A stretch of DNA of 64,000 bases, taken from assembly GCA_963664225.1 (NCBI GenBank), contig OY760937.1, positions 1,184,001 to 1,248,000 on the forward strand. Reading direction: 5' to 3'. This document shows, piece after piece, positions 9,171-18,845 of the stretch (position 1 is its first letter; each line of letters opens with the position of its first letter). Under the pieces are notes generated by a model. It did not search any database and had not been told where the DNA came from. It worked only from the letters and a program-made list of their open reading frames with translations. This DNA comes from Verrucomicrobiia bacterium (lineage in GTDB: Bacteria; Verrucomicrobiota; Verrucomicrobiia; Limisphaerales; UBA1319). The translations under genes were made by a program, and so were the position numbers.

Positions 9171-10178
9171 GGAGCCCATGCGCGGATTGACCGGCTGGGC
9201 CAGGAAGTTCTTCGCGGTGAGGCCATCAACCGGGAGGACGCCTTGTGGTTGCTGGATTTGGAGGACTCGGCCGATATCATGGACTTATTGGCTTGGGCGA
9301 ACCGGATCCGGCAGAAGCACCACGGCCACAAGGTTCATCTTTGTTCCATCGTGAATGTCAAATCGGGGGGGTGCTCTGAAAACTGCAAGTTCTGCGCGCA
9401 ATCGGCTTTTAACAAAACAGAGGTGGAACGTTATGGTTTCATTGAGGCCGAACCGATACTCAATGCCGCCGCGGAGGCGGGGCGCAACAGGGTAACAGGT
9501 CTGGGCATTGTTGCGGCGTGGAAGGGGTTGGAAGAGGGGCCGATTCTGGACGAGGTGTGCGATCGCCTGCGCGATATGTCCCGTGATGGAAATGCCCGTG
9601 CAGACGCCTCGTTGGGTTTGATCCGCAGCCAGGTCGTGGCTGACCGTCTCCGGGAGGCGGGCTGCGAGTGTTACAACCACAATTTGGAAACCTCACGGGA
9701 TTTTTATTCGCAGGTCTGCACGACGCACTCCTGGGAAGACCGCATCCAAACACTGGGATATCTTCGCAAGGCGGGCATCAAATTGTGTACCGGCGGCATC
9801 ATAGGCATGGGGGAGACGCGAGCGGACCGTTGCGACATGGCATTTGCCTTGCGCGAACAAAATCCGTTCATTGTGCCCATCAATATTCTAAATCCCATCC
9901 CGGGAACGCCGTTTGAAAAAGTGCCTCCCATAACACCTATGGAGGTCTTAAAGACGATTGCCAGCTTCCGATTTATCCTGCCCACGCAGCACATTACCAT
10001 TGCAGGAGGGCGTGTGGTGAATCTGCGGGATGTGCAACCTTTGGCGCTCATGGGCGGCGCAAGCGCGCTCATGGTGGGGAATTACCTCACCACGGTGAAT
10101 CAGCCGGTGGAAAAAGACCTTCAGATGCTCAAGGATTTGGATCTGGAGCCAATGGGGTTCGTTCAGACGGAAGGCTAA
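9147..10178 (+). CDS. bioB: Biotin synthase (radical SAM)
   Basis: CSENCKFCAQS radical SAM motif, YNHNLETS, CTGGIIGMGET, VPINILNPIPGTP, GNYLTT. Confidence 0.93.
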   Translation: MSDTQIDNGAHARIDRLGQEVLRGEAINREDALWLLDLEDSADIMDLLAWANRIRQKHHGHKVHLCSIVNVKSGGCSENCKFCAQSAFNKTEVERYGFIEAEPILNAAAEAGRNRVTGLGIVAAWKGLEEGPILDEVCDRLRDMSRDGNARADASLGLIRSQVVADRLREAGCECYNHNLETSRDFYSQVCTTHSWEDRIQTLGYLRKAGIKLCTGGIIGMGETRADRCDMAFALREQNPFIVPINILNPIPGTPFEKVPPITPMEVLKTIASFRFILPTQHITIAGGRVVNLRDVQPLALMGGASALMVGNYLTTVNQPVEKDLQMLKDLDLEPMGFVQTEG

Positions 10179-10277
10179 GCACCCGACGGCGGCAACGATC
10201 TAATCGTTGAAACAGTCAGGCCCGGTTTTCGACTGAGTGGATTTTTCGATGCAATCTGGTATGGGTGGTAGTGACAA

Positions 10278-11084
10278 ATGAGTGCCTCCGATACACGCAG
10301 TGGCCCGGTCAGACTGGGTCTGAATAAGAAGCATTACGCGGGAGAAACCGTCGCCATGCGAAAGGTCATCCCGGACGTGGTGGCTTCCGCGCGCGTGAAT
10401 GGTTGGTCCGTGGAATGGCTGCAAATATCGTCCGACTATGAACTGCCTGTATTGACTCGGGCATCTGATCAGGAGAAATCCAGGGTTTACATCTCGACCG
10501 GGATCCATGGGGATGAACCAGCCGGACCCCTGTCCATTCAAAGATTGATCGACGAAGACCAATGGCCTTCAACGGTCAGCCTGTGGGTGGTTCCCTGTCT
10601 GAACATGCGTGGATTTGAACTAAACCAGCGCGAAAACCCTGATGGCATTGATTTGAATCGGGATTACCGGCACCTCCAAACGGCGGAGGTGCGTGCGCAT
10701 CTTTCCTGGCTGGAGAAACAGCCGCCTTTTGATTTGTGTCTTTGCTTGCACGAGGACTGGGAGGCTGGAGGTTTCTACCTCTACGAACAGAATCCAGAGC
10801 GCCGTTTTTCGCTCGCGGAAGTCATGACCCAGCGCGTGACCGGGATATGTCCGGTGGACCCATCGCCGATGATCGAGAATCGTCCCGCCACCAACGGCGT
10901 CATTCGGCCCGATCTGGACATCAACAAACGTCCGCAATGGCCGGAAGCATTTTATTTGCTCATGAACAAGACGCGCCAAACTTACACCCTCGAGGCTCCA
11001 TCGGATTTTGCCTTGCCAGTGCGTGTGGCAGCGCTTGTCGCTGCCGTTCACGCCGCCGTAGATACCATTGCAGCCAGAGCTTGA
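10278..11084 (+). CDS. M14-family zinc metallopeptidase / AstE-like deacylase
   Basis: GIHGDEP (HxxE), DLNRDY, LHED, YTLEAP. Confidence 0.82.
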   Translation: MSASDTRSGPVRLGLNKKHYAGETVAMRKVIPDVVASARVNGWSVEWLQISSDYELPVLTRASDQEKSRVYISTGIHGDEPAGPLSIQRLIDEDQWPSTVSLWVVPCLNMRGFELNQRENPDGIDLNRDYRHLQTAEVRAHLSWLEKQPPFDLCLCLHEDWEAGGFYLYEQNPERRFSLAEVMTQRVTGICPVDPSPMIENRPATNGVIRPDLDINKRPQWPEAFYLLMNKTRQTYTLEAPSDFALPVRVAALVAAVHAAVDTIAARA

Positions 11085-11227
11085 TGGCGTGAGTTGGATT
11101 TTTGGATTCCTAAAATTCTTGAGCGAAGTTCGTTTTTCAATGGATTCATTATTCACGCTGGACATGGATACGTATCTATGGTTAACTGCATCCTAATAAG
11201 GACGATCCGGTTGCGATGCGACACACC

Positions 11228-11605
11228 ATGAAAAAGTTATTCATTATCATTGGATTGGCGCTGGTGGCCATTTTTGGAGGCTATGTGGCTCTGGGCACGG
11301 CGACCGCAGCAGCGCGTCCTCTGAAATTAGTCATCAAAGGAACCGAGGGTCAGAAATTCACGGGCTTCTATGTGGCGGATGGCATCACGAACTCTGTAAG
11401 TGCCGTCGCCCCGACAACCCTTGATTTTGAAGCCAGAAATGTGAACTTTGAATTTCGCCGGGAGGGTGGCGTTGGTGAGTTTCGTGTGGAGCTTTACGTG
11501 AATGATCAATGCCGGACCTCCACCATCAGTGATAAACAGAAATGCGTTCGCGGTGTGTTGAAATACACAAAATACTCGGAAAGTTACTCAGCCGAGGGCT
11601 TTTGA
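11228..11605 (+). CDS. Hypothetical exported or membrane-anchored protein, beta-strand rich
   Basis: MKKLFIIIGLALVAIFGG hydrophobic N-terminus; no family recognised; alternative start 11216. Confidence 0.6.
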   Translation: MKKLFIIIGLALVAIFGGYVALGTATAAARPLKLVIKGTEGQKFTGFYVADGITNSVSAVAPTTLDFEARNVNFEFRREGGVGEFRVELYVNDQCRTSTISDKQKCVRGVLKYTKYSESYSAEGF

Positions 11606-11730
11606 ATATCTTCTGCCAGGTGCATGACTGAATTCCGGGCGGGGTCCTGAGTGGCAAAAGTTCCAGAGTCTGATTGAATATTACGCGGGTCCTGTTTGAC
11701 ATTCATGGATGGGAATCGCATACAGCATCC

Positions 11731-12642
11731 ATGGAAAGCTCTCATCAGTGGAATCGGCGTGAATTTATCGGCTCATTGGCCGTCGCAGCTCCCGGTCTGG
11801 TCGCGTTGGCTGCCGCAGTCCCATCCTCCCCAACCATGTCACGATTTCAAATCGTTGCGTTTTCAAAGGCATTTCAGGAGTTGAATTTTGAGGATACGGC
11901 GGATTTGGTGGCGGAGGTCGGCTGGGACGGCATTGAGTGTCCTGTACGCCGTGGCGGTCATGTGTTGCCAGAACGGGTGGAGGATGACTTGCCGCGGTTG
12001 GTGGAGGCTCTGGCGAAACGTGGTAAAACAGCGCTGCATATTACGACTGACATCCTGGATGCCACGGATCCAATCCAACAGCGCGTGCTGCGAACCGCCA
12101 GTAAACTTGGGGTGCGTGTTTATCGGCTCTCCTGGTTTCAATATCGTCCTGGCATTCCGTTGCCACGGCAAATTGCGGAATGTCGCGCCCGGCTGAAGGA
12201 TTTGGCGGCGTTGAACAAGGAATTGGGCCTTTGCGGAGGATACCAGAATCATTCTGGCGCAAAAAATGTTGGCGCGCCCGTTTGGGACATTTACCAGATG
12301 CTGGAGGGATTCGATCCCAAGTATCTGGGTATTTGCTTCGATATCGGTCACGCAACGGTGGAGGGAGGCACTGCTTGGGCGTTGCATGCGCGTTTGATGG
12401 AGCCCCAGTTCAGCGCGGTGTATGTGAAGGACTTCACATGGCAGAAAAAATCCAAAGACTGGCAAACCGAATGGTGTCCATTGGGTGAGGGGATGGTCAG
12501 CCGCAGTTACTTCGATTGGCTGACAAAATCGTCCTATAAGGGAATCATTTCCCAGCACCATGAGTATCCGTTGGGCGCCATTCAGGAACGGGTGCAAGCC
12601 TTTAAGAAAGATTTGGTTACGCTTAAAGCCCTGCTGGCTTAA
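11731..12642 (+). CDS. Tat-exported sugar phosphate isomerase/epimerase (xylose-isomerase-like TIM barrel)
   Basis: NRREFI twin-arginine signal; GWDGIE, YQNHSG, FDIGHA, VKDF, QHHEY. Confidence 0.82.
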   Translation: MESSHQWNRREFIGSLAVAAPGLVALAAAVPSSPTMSRFQIVAFSKAFQELNFEDTADLVAEVGWDGIECPVRRGGHVLPERVEDDLPRLVEALAKRGKTALHITTDILDATDPIQQRVLRTASKLGVRVYRLSWFQYRPGIPLPRQIAECRARLKDLAALNKELGLCGGYQNHSGAKNVGAPVWDIYQMLEGFDPKYLGICFDIGHATVEGGTAWALHARLMEPQFSAVYVKDFTWQKKSKDWQTEWCPLGEGMVSRSYFDWLTKSSYKGIISQHHEYPLGAIQERVQAFKKDLVTLKALLA

Positions 12643-12736
12643 TGAAGGCAGGCCAGGCCGATCAAAACCAGACGCCCTCAAAAAAGAAGCCAACGCTTAT
12701 ACAAAATGAATGGGTTCGGTGTTTATTAGGTGAAGC

Positions 12737-13294
12737 ATGAACGACGACGTCTCGCCGCAATTGAACTGGTTGGAACGCTTGTATGAAGAACAAGCGACCA
12801 AGCTGGTTCTGTACGGTCGGGCGCTCGGATTAAGTCATTCTGAGTCGGAAGATGTTCTTCAAGAAGTATTTGTATCGCTAATAAAACGCGATTTGCCGCC
12901 TGAGCAACCGACCTTTTATTGTCTGCGCGCCGTCAGGAATCGTGCGCTGAACTACCGGCGATCATTGTGGCGACGGATTCAGCGTGAACTGGAGTCGGCG
13001 GGCTGGTTTGAGACAAACTCTGATGAATTTGAACAGGAAAAGGCGGCCATGCGGTGTCTGGCGAACCTGCCAATGGAACAACGGGAAACGATCGTTTTAA
13101 AAATCTGGCATGGATACACTTATGAAGACATTGGACGGCTTTTGGAGGTTTCCCCAAACACCATTGCGGGGCGTTATCGTTACGGACTGCAAAAAATGAG
13201 AACCGTCTTGAAAGGATGGAATTATGAACGAATCGAATTTCGAGGAGAATCGACTGAAACAGTGGATTCCACGATCAACATCCCCACAACTTAA
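12737..13294 (+). CDS. ECF-type RNA polymerase sigma factor
   Basis: Region 2 EDVLQEVF...RNRALN; region 4 LPMEQRETIVLKIWHGYTYEDIG..SPNTIAGRYRYG. Confidence 0.9.
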   Translation: MNDDVSPQLNWLERLYEEQATKLVLYGRALGLSHSESEDVLQEVFVSLIKRDLPPEQPTFYCLRAVRNRALNYRRSLWRRIQRELESAGWFETNSDEFEQEKAAMRCLANLPMEQRETIVLKIWHGYTYEDIGRLLEVSPNTIAGRYRYGLQKMRTVLKGWNYERIEFRGESTETVDSTINIPTT

Positions 13295-13685
13295 AAACCG
13301 CATTTTTAATACATCGCGCGTCGAGGAGAGTCAGTATGACAGTGCCACGGAGATGCCCAAACAGATTTGGGGCGTTTCGGAGGCCCGCCCGCGCGTGATA
13401 TCCTTATATCGATGGCTGGCACCGGCTTTGGGCATGGCATTTGTATTCATGCTGGCGGTTCGACAGAGCGATTTGGGACCGGAAGGCGTCGTTATAGACC
13501 AGTACAGCCGCAACATGACTGGGATGAAGCATGGGAATGCCGGTTGGGATTATCTGGAGACCTCAGCGGAGCACACAATGCTCAACCATTTGCCACCGAT
13601 GATTTTTGAATCGACAAACGTGAGGGCATCCTCTTTTAGTATAGCCTCTTTTCTGCTGTTAAATACCAACGGACTGAAACGTTAA
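13224..13685 (+). CDS. Putative single-pass anti-sigma factor
   Basis: Overlaps the ECF 3' end; short soluble N-terminus followed by one TM (WLAPALGMAFVFMLAV). Confidence 0.55.
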   Translation: MNESNFEENRLKQWIPRSTSPQLKNRIFNTSRVEESQYDSATEMPKQIWGVSEARPRVISLYRWLAPALGMAFVFMLAVRQSDLGPEGVVIDQYSRNMTGMKHGNAGWDYLETSAEHTMLNHLPPMIFESTNVRASSFSIASFLLLNTNGLKR

Positions 13686-13689
13686 AGCC

Positions 13690-16600
13690 ATGAGTAATGA
13701 AAAGTTAAAGTCGCCCAAGCCGACAACTTCGGGAACGACACCCGCCGCCGCCACCAACGGCACGGCGTTCGTCAAGCATCCGGCCCCCTTGTACCGATCG
13801 ATCGATTGGCTGACCTTTGCGCTAACCACGCTTCTGACGTTTCTAGCCTATTATTACACGCTGGCGCCGGATTTGACTTTGGAGGACTCGGGTGAACTGG
13901 CCGTGGGATCGTTTTATGCGGGCGTGCCGCATCCCCCGGGCTACCCTGTTTGGACCATTTTTACGTGGTTGTTCACGGTGTTGGTGCCCATTTCGAACAT
14001 TGCGTGGCGCGTGGCGTTGGCATCTGCGGTGGCAGCCTCGGTGGCCTGCGGTTTGCTGGCCTTGATGGTGTCCCGCGGCAGCAGCATGATGATTGAAGGA
14101 ATCTCCGACTTTAAGAACATCGAGAAAAAGTGGGAGAACGGGTTGTGCGTGGTGGCCGGTTTTGTTGCGGGCTGCCTTCTGGCGTTCAACGGCTTTTATT
14201 GGAGTCAGGCGGTCATTGTCGAGGTGTATTGCTTTGGGGTGCTATCGCTGATGGGGGTGCTGTGCTGTTTGCTGCGCTGGGTTTATGCGCCGCACCAGTA
14301 TCGCTATCTTTACATCGCGGCGTTGCTCTTCGGCATTTGTTTTACCAATCACCAGACGCTGCTCGTGGCGGCGATGGGCATTGAGGTGGCTGTTTTGGCG
14401 GTGAACCCCAAACTCGGGCGCGACCTGTTCCTTTTTAACAGCATTGTTTATTGCCTGGGTCTCTATGGAAAATACTCAGGCTCCATCGGAGCGTTCGATG
14501 CAAACCTGCCGTTGTTCGCCATTTACAATGCCATTGGGGTGTGGTCAGTGGCAACGGCACTGTGGTATTCGCTGAAGACAGACTGGACTGCGAAGCTTAA
14601 AATCGTGGGAGTTTTGCTGGGGGCTAATGTGCTGGCCTGGATTCTTTACATGATGTCCCATTCCCAGGGGAATCTCTCCGAGGCTTCACACACGATGTTG
14701 CTTTTGCTCATCAATGCCCTTGGTTTTGCATTGCTCTACGCTTTCTATGCCCTGTCTGGAAAGGCGGAGCGGTTGTTTACCGAGTGGAAACCGATGTTGA
14801 TTCTGGCCGGGGCGTGGGCGATTGGCGCGGGTTTCTATTTTTACATGCCGCTGACCTCGATGACCAATCCGCCAATGAACTGGGGCTATCCGCGCACGTT
14901 TGATGGTTTCCTGCATGCGCTGTCCCGGGGGCAATACGAGCGCACTAATCCGACCAACGACATATTCAAGTTTGTGGATCAAGTCCGCATGTTTTTTGAA
15001 GGTGCCACAGAAGAATTCAGCTTTGTGTACCTGCTCTTCGCCATTGTTCCTTTTCTGTTCTACAAAAAGTTACAGAAGCGCGAACGGTCTTGGATGATCG
15101 GGTTGGCGGCGATATTCCTGTTCCTGGGCTTTCTGCTGCTGATCCTGCTCAATCCTGGTACCGACAAACAGAGCCGCGATCTTAACAAGGTGTTTTTCAC
15201 CGCCTCGTATGCGATCATCGCCATTGGGGTGGGGTATGGGTTGACCTTTGTGGGTTGCTTGCTGGCGACCCAGTATGAGAAGTATCGGGAATGGGCGCTA
15301 TATGCAGCAGCGGGGGCGGGTGGCATGGCAGTCTATTCGCTGGCCAAAACGATGCAGGAGGTGGTTAATCCGTTGCTGGTCTATACGGCGATCTTCGGAG
15401 TCGCGCTGTCTGTCATGGCCGTTATCGCCCTGTTTTTCTCCCGCAAGAAAGCGCCCATGATCTGTTTACTGGCCATCTATGCGGCCATGCCGATTCATTC
15501 CATCACCGCGCACTGGTCTGACAATGAGCAGCGGGGGCATTTGTTCGGTTTTTGGTTTGGGCATGACATGTTCACACCACCGGACTTCGGTAAAGCCGGC
15601 CAGTTTTATCCCAAAATGGACAGGGATGCGATTCTGTTTGGCGGAACCGATCCGGGCCGGTTTTGTCCGACCTATATGATCTTCTGCGAGAGTTTTATCC
15701 CGCCGCAAAAAAGGCGCGATCCGGATTTTGACCGTCGTGACGTTTATCTCATCACGCAGAACGCGCTGGCAGACAGCACGTATCTCAATTACATCCGGGC
15801 CCATTACAACCGTAGCACACAGGTGGATTCCCCGTTTTTTCAGGAGATGTTTCGCTCACGGAATGAAAAGGAAGCCAACGTGACGACCAACCTTTTGGCC
15901 CGCATGGTTGGGCCGCTGGATCGGTTCTTCACCAGTTATGGAAAGAAAGTGGAGGATCGCCGACGCAAGGAGGGGGTCTATCCGCCCGTGGAAATTCACA
16001 CCCCCACGGTTGAGGAATCCAAAAAATGCTTTGAGGATTACATCAACGACGCCCAACACAGGTTGATGGCCAATCAATTGGAACCTGGGGAAGATGTGCG
16101 GATCGTCGAGGGCCGCGTACAGGTTTCGGGGCAGGTCTCGGTGATGCAGATCAACGGGTTGCTGACCAAAGTCATCTTTGACAACAATCCGACGAATGAA
16201 TTTTATGTGGAGGAAAGCTTCCCGCTCAAGTGGATGTATCCACACCTGAGTCCGTTCGGGATCATTATGAAACTCAATCGGCAGCAGGTGCCGGAATTCA
16301 CCGAGGCGATGGTGAAGAAAGACCATGACTTTTGGAGTCTTTATACTGAACGTCTTTGTGGGAATTGGATCACCTACGACACACCGGTGAAGGAGATTTG
16401 CGATTTTGCCGATCGGGTCTATCGACACATGGATTACCGGGGATACAAGGGGGATCGAAAGTTCGTGCGTGATAACGACGCGCAAAAAGCTTTTTCGAAA
16501 CTGCGCAGCGCCCAGGCGGGACTCTATGCCTGGCGCATCAATGCGGTTAAACCTGGTTCCCCGGAGCAGGCGCGAATGCTCAAGGAGGCGGATTTCGCAT

Positions 16601-17538
16601 TCAAACAATCCTTTGCCTTTTGCCCCTACAGCCCTGAAGCGGTGTTCCGCTATATCAACCTTTTGGCAACCACTCAGCGGATCGAGGATGCCTTGCTGAT
16701 TGCGGAAACCTGCCAGAAGTTTGATCCCGAGAATAAGGGCGTAAACGATCTGGTAAACCAATTGACGAATATCAAACAGAGTGGTGGGGCTGCCGCCGCC
16801 GCCGCCGCCGCCGCTGCGGCTGCCAATCCTCTGGCGCAATTGGAACAGCAATATGAGACCAATCCGGGGAATTCGCAGGTGGCCCTGACCCTCGCCAACG
16901 CTTATCTCCAGCGGCAGCAGACCAACCGGGCAAACGCCTTATTCGATCAGGCCATCAATCTGATGCTGCCCAAGTTTCGGACCAACCCGGCCGATGCCAA
17001 TACCGCGTTTCTTCTGGCCCAGGCGTATCAGAGCCGTCAGATGAAAGCCGAGGCAGTCTCCGTTCTCGACAAATTGATCGCCCAGCTTGAGCCATTGTGC
17101 GCGACCAACAGCACGAACGACTCGCTGGCGTTTAATCTGGTGCAGGCTTACGTCTTCCGCCAGAAGACGCCTCCCGCCATCGCCCTGCTGGACCGCATGA
17201 TCGCACCGGAGAAGGTGAGCACCAGCACATTGATGGGAGCGGCGCAGTTTTACGCGCAGTTGGGAAGCGTGCCCAAGCTTGAGTTGACCCTTCAGAAACT
17301 GGTTAAGATGGTGCCAGATAATGCGGAAGCCTGGTATGACCTGGCGGCCCTGCAGGCCGTTCAGAACAAAAATACCGAAGCGATTCAGTCCCTGGCCCAT
17401 TCCATTGATCTCAGCAACAAGCGTGCGGAAAAACAGCCGGGATCGAAAGATTTGAGTCAATTGGCCGCCTCGGATCCGCGATTGCAGAATTTGCGGCAAA
17501 TGCCTGAGTACAAAAAAATCGTTAAATCTCCGAAATAA
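13690..17538 (+). CDS. DUF2723 (TMEM260-like) multi-pass GT-C glycosyltransferase with C-terminal TPR-like repeats
   Basis: TLAPDLTLEDSGEL...GVPHPPGYP N-terminal signature, EVY, NHQT, more than 12 TM segments, soluble C-terminal region with TPR-like repeats; 1282 aa. Confidence 0.82.
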   Translation: MSNEKLKSPKPTTSGTTPAAATNGTAFVKHPAPLYRSIDWLTFALTTLLTFLAYYYTLAPDLTLEDSGELAVGSFYAGVPHPPGYPVWTIFTWLFTVLVPISNIAWRVALASAVAASVACGLLALMVSRGSSMMIEGISDFKNIEKKWENGLCVVAGFVAGCLLAFNGFYWSQAVIVEVYCFGVLSLMGVLCCLLRWVYAPHQYRYLYIAALLFGICFTNHQTLLVAAMGIEVAVLAVNPKLGRDLFLFNSIVYCLGLYGKYSGSIGAFDANLPLFAIYNAIGVWSVATALWYSLKTDWTAKLKIVGVLLGANVLAWILYMMSHSQGNLSEASHTMLLLLINALGFALLYAFYALSGKAERLFTEWKPMLILAGAWAIGAGFYFYMPLTSMTNPPMNWGYPRTFDGFLHALSRGQYERTNPTNDIFKFVDQVRMFFEGATEEFSFVYLLFAIVPFLFYKKLQKRERSWMIGLAAIFLFLGFLLLILLNPGTDKQSRDLNKVFFTASYAIIAIGVGYGLTFVGCLLATQYEKYREWALYAAAGAGGMAVYSLAKTMQEVVNPLLVYTAIFGVALSVMAVIALFFSRKKAPMICLLAIYAAMPIHSITAHWSDNEQRGHLFGFWFGHDMFTPPDFGKAGQFYPKMDRDAILFGGTDPGRFCPTYMIFCESFIPPQKRRDPDFDRRDVYLITQNALADSTYLNYIRAHYNRSTQVDSPFFQEMFRSRNEKEANVTTNLLARMVGPLDRFFTSYGKKVEDRRRKEGVYPPVEIHTPTVEESKKCFEDYINDAQHRLMANQLEPGEDVRIVEGRVQVSGQVSVMQINGLLTKVIFDNNPTNEFYVEESFPLKWMYPHLSPFGIIMKLNRQQVPEFTEAMVKKDHDFWSLYTERLCGNWITYDTPVKEICDFADRVYRHMDYRGYKGDRKFVRDNDAQKAFSKLRSAQAGLYAWRINAVKPGSPEQARMLKEADFAFKQSFAFCPYSPEAVFRYINLLATTQRIEDALLIAETCQKFDPENKGVNDLVNQLTNIKQSGGAAAAAAAAAAAANPLAQLEQQYETNPGNSQVALTLANAYLQRQQTNRANALFDQAINLMLPKFRTNPADANTAFLLAQAYQSRQMKAEAVSVLDKLIAQLEPLCATNSTNDSLAFNLVQAYVFRQKTPPAIALLDRMIAPEKVSTSTLMGAAQFYAQLGSVPKLELTLQKLVKMVPDNAEAWYDLAALQAVQNKNTEAIQSLAHSIDLSNKRAEKQPGSKDLSQLAASDPRLQNLRQMPEYKKIVKSPK
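16789..16824 (+). repeat. (GCC)7 trinucleotide run inside a 12-Ala linker
   Basis: gct (gcc)7 gct gcg gct gcc read directly. Confidence 0.9.
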
Positions 17539-17560
17539 TATCGTTTCATTAACGCATTTA

Positions 17561-17607
17561 CCCCTCGGGGATTTAACTTTCTATTTTGAATCCCGGAGGG
17601 GCTTTTT
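17561..17607 (+). terminator. Probable intrinsic terminator of the ECF/DUF2723 operon
   Basis: CCCCTCGGGGATT...AATCCCGGAGGGG stem followed by CTTTTT. Confidence 0.6.
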
Positions 17608-17761
17608 GCGTCAATCCGTTGGTGGTATTGAAACCGTTCACCGGCATTGAGCCAGTTTCTTATAATTAACGATGAAATGCACACGAAGCGGTGGAATTCA
17701 TCGCAACTGGACAATTCCAGCGGTGTTATGTATGGCAGTAACGTGAATTGAAGGATTAAGC

Positions 17762-18685
17762 ATGAAATGGAAAATGAATTGGATGGCGGCGCTATTGTTG
17801 GCCATGGTGATGGCAGGGGCGAGCGCGTTTGCGCAAGAGGGGCCAAAAACGGTGCCCAGCGACGTCGAGCTTGTTTCTGACGTTGTCTTTGGGAAGGGGG
17901 GCGATCGGGATTTGAAGATGCACATTCTCAAGCCCAAAAAAGCAATCGAGGAACCGATGCCGGTGGTGGTGTTTATTTTTGGCGGGGCGTGGAGGACCGG
18001 GAGCAGGGATGCCGGCATCAAGCCGCTGTCGGCTCTGGCGCAAAAAGGGTATTTTTGCGTTAGCATTGAATATCGTTTCAGCCAGGAGGCGCTTTTCCCG
18101 GCGCAATTGGAGGATGTCAAATGCGCGATCCGGTTTCTCCGCTCGAAGGCCGCCGAATACCACATTAACCCGGATAAAATCGGGGTGTGGGGTCAGTCAT
18201 CCGGTGCATATCTGGCCGTGATGCTGGGCACGACAGGAGATATGAAGGATTTTGAAGGCAAGGGCGGGGCAACTGAGTTTTCCAGTCGGGTAAATGCCGT
18301 TGTGGATTGGTTTGGACCGACAGATTTTACCAAAATGGATGTAGCGGGAAGCAAAATGAAGCATGACCCCGCGGATTCGCCGGAGTCGCGGTTGATCGGC
18401 GGCGCCATTCAGGAGAACAAAGACAAGTGCGCGAAAGCCAGTCCGCTGACCTATGTGACCAGTGATGATCCGCCTTTCTTGATCATGCATGGAGACCGCG
18501 ACCCGGTGGTGCCCTACAATCAAAGTGAGTTGTTGGTGGCAGCCTTGAAGAAGGCCAAAGTGAAGTGCGTGTTTGAACCGGTTCCAGGCGGCGGTCATGG
18601 TTTTGTAGGACCGCAACACGAGAAAAAAGTGCTCGCGTTTTTTGACGAGCAATTGCGCGGCATCAAACCAAAAGCAAAGGAATAA
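17762..18685 (+). CDS. Secreted alpha/beta hydrolase (BD-FAE-like carbohydrate esterase)
   Basis: Signal peptide ending AFA-Q; FGGAW oxyanion loop, GQSSG nucleophile, HGDRDPVVP, GGGHG. Confidence 0.85.
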   Translation: MKWKMNWMAALLLAMVMAGASAFAQEGPKTVPSDVELVSDVVFGKGGDRDLKMHILKPKKAIEEPMPVVVFIFGGAWRTGSRDAGIKPLSALAQKGYFCVSIEYRFSQEALFPAQLEDVKCAIRFLRSKAAEYHINPDKIGVWGQSSGAYLAVMLGTTGDMKDFEGKGGATEFSSRVNAVVDWFGPTDFTKMDVAGSKMKHDPADSPESRLIGGAIQENKDKCAKASPLTYVTSDDPPFLIMHGDRDPVVPYNQSELLVAALKKAKVKCVFEPVPGGGHGFVGPQHEKKVLAFFDEQLRGIKPKAKE

Positions 18686-18787
18686 CCTTTTGTTCGGGCC
18701 CGCCGGGACCTTTAAAGAATTCCGGACTGTTTGTCATGTGCCGCAAGTCGCTCACTGCGGCACTTTTTATGGCCTGTTGAAACAATG

Positions 18788-18822
18788 AAAAAGGGCTGTG
18801 GTTTCGCAACAGCAGCCCTTTT
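18788..18822. terminator. Bidirectional intrinsic terminator between convergent esterase and NYN genes
   Basis: AAAAAGGGCTG...CAGCCCTTTT hairpin with A and T tails. Confidence 0.75.
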
Positions 18823-18845
18823 ATATGTGACACGGTTTGGACGTT

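Noticed and set aside
11085..11700. Orphan ORF as an integron gene cassette
   Set aside because: No RYYYAAC...GTTRRRY attC structure after its stop codon and no integrase in the window
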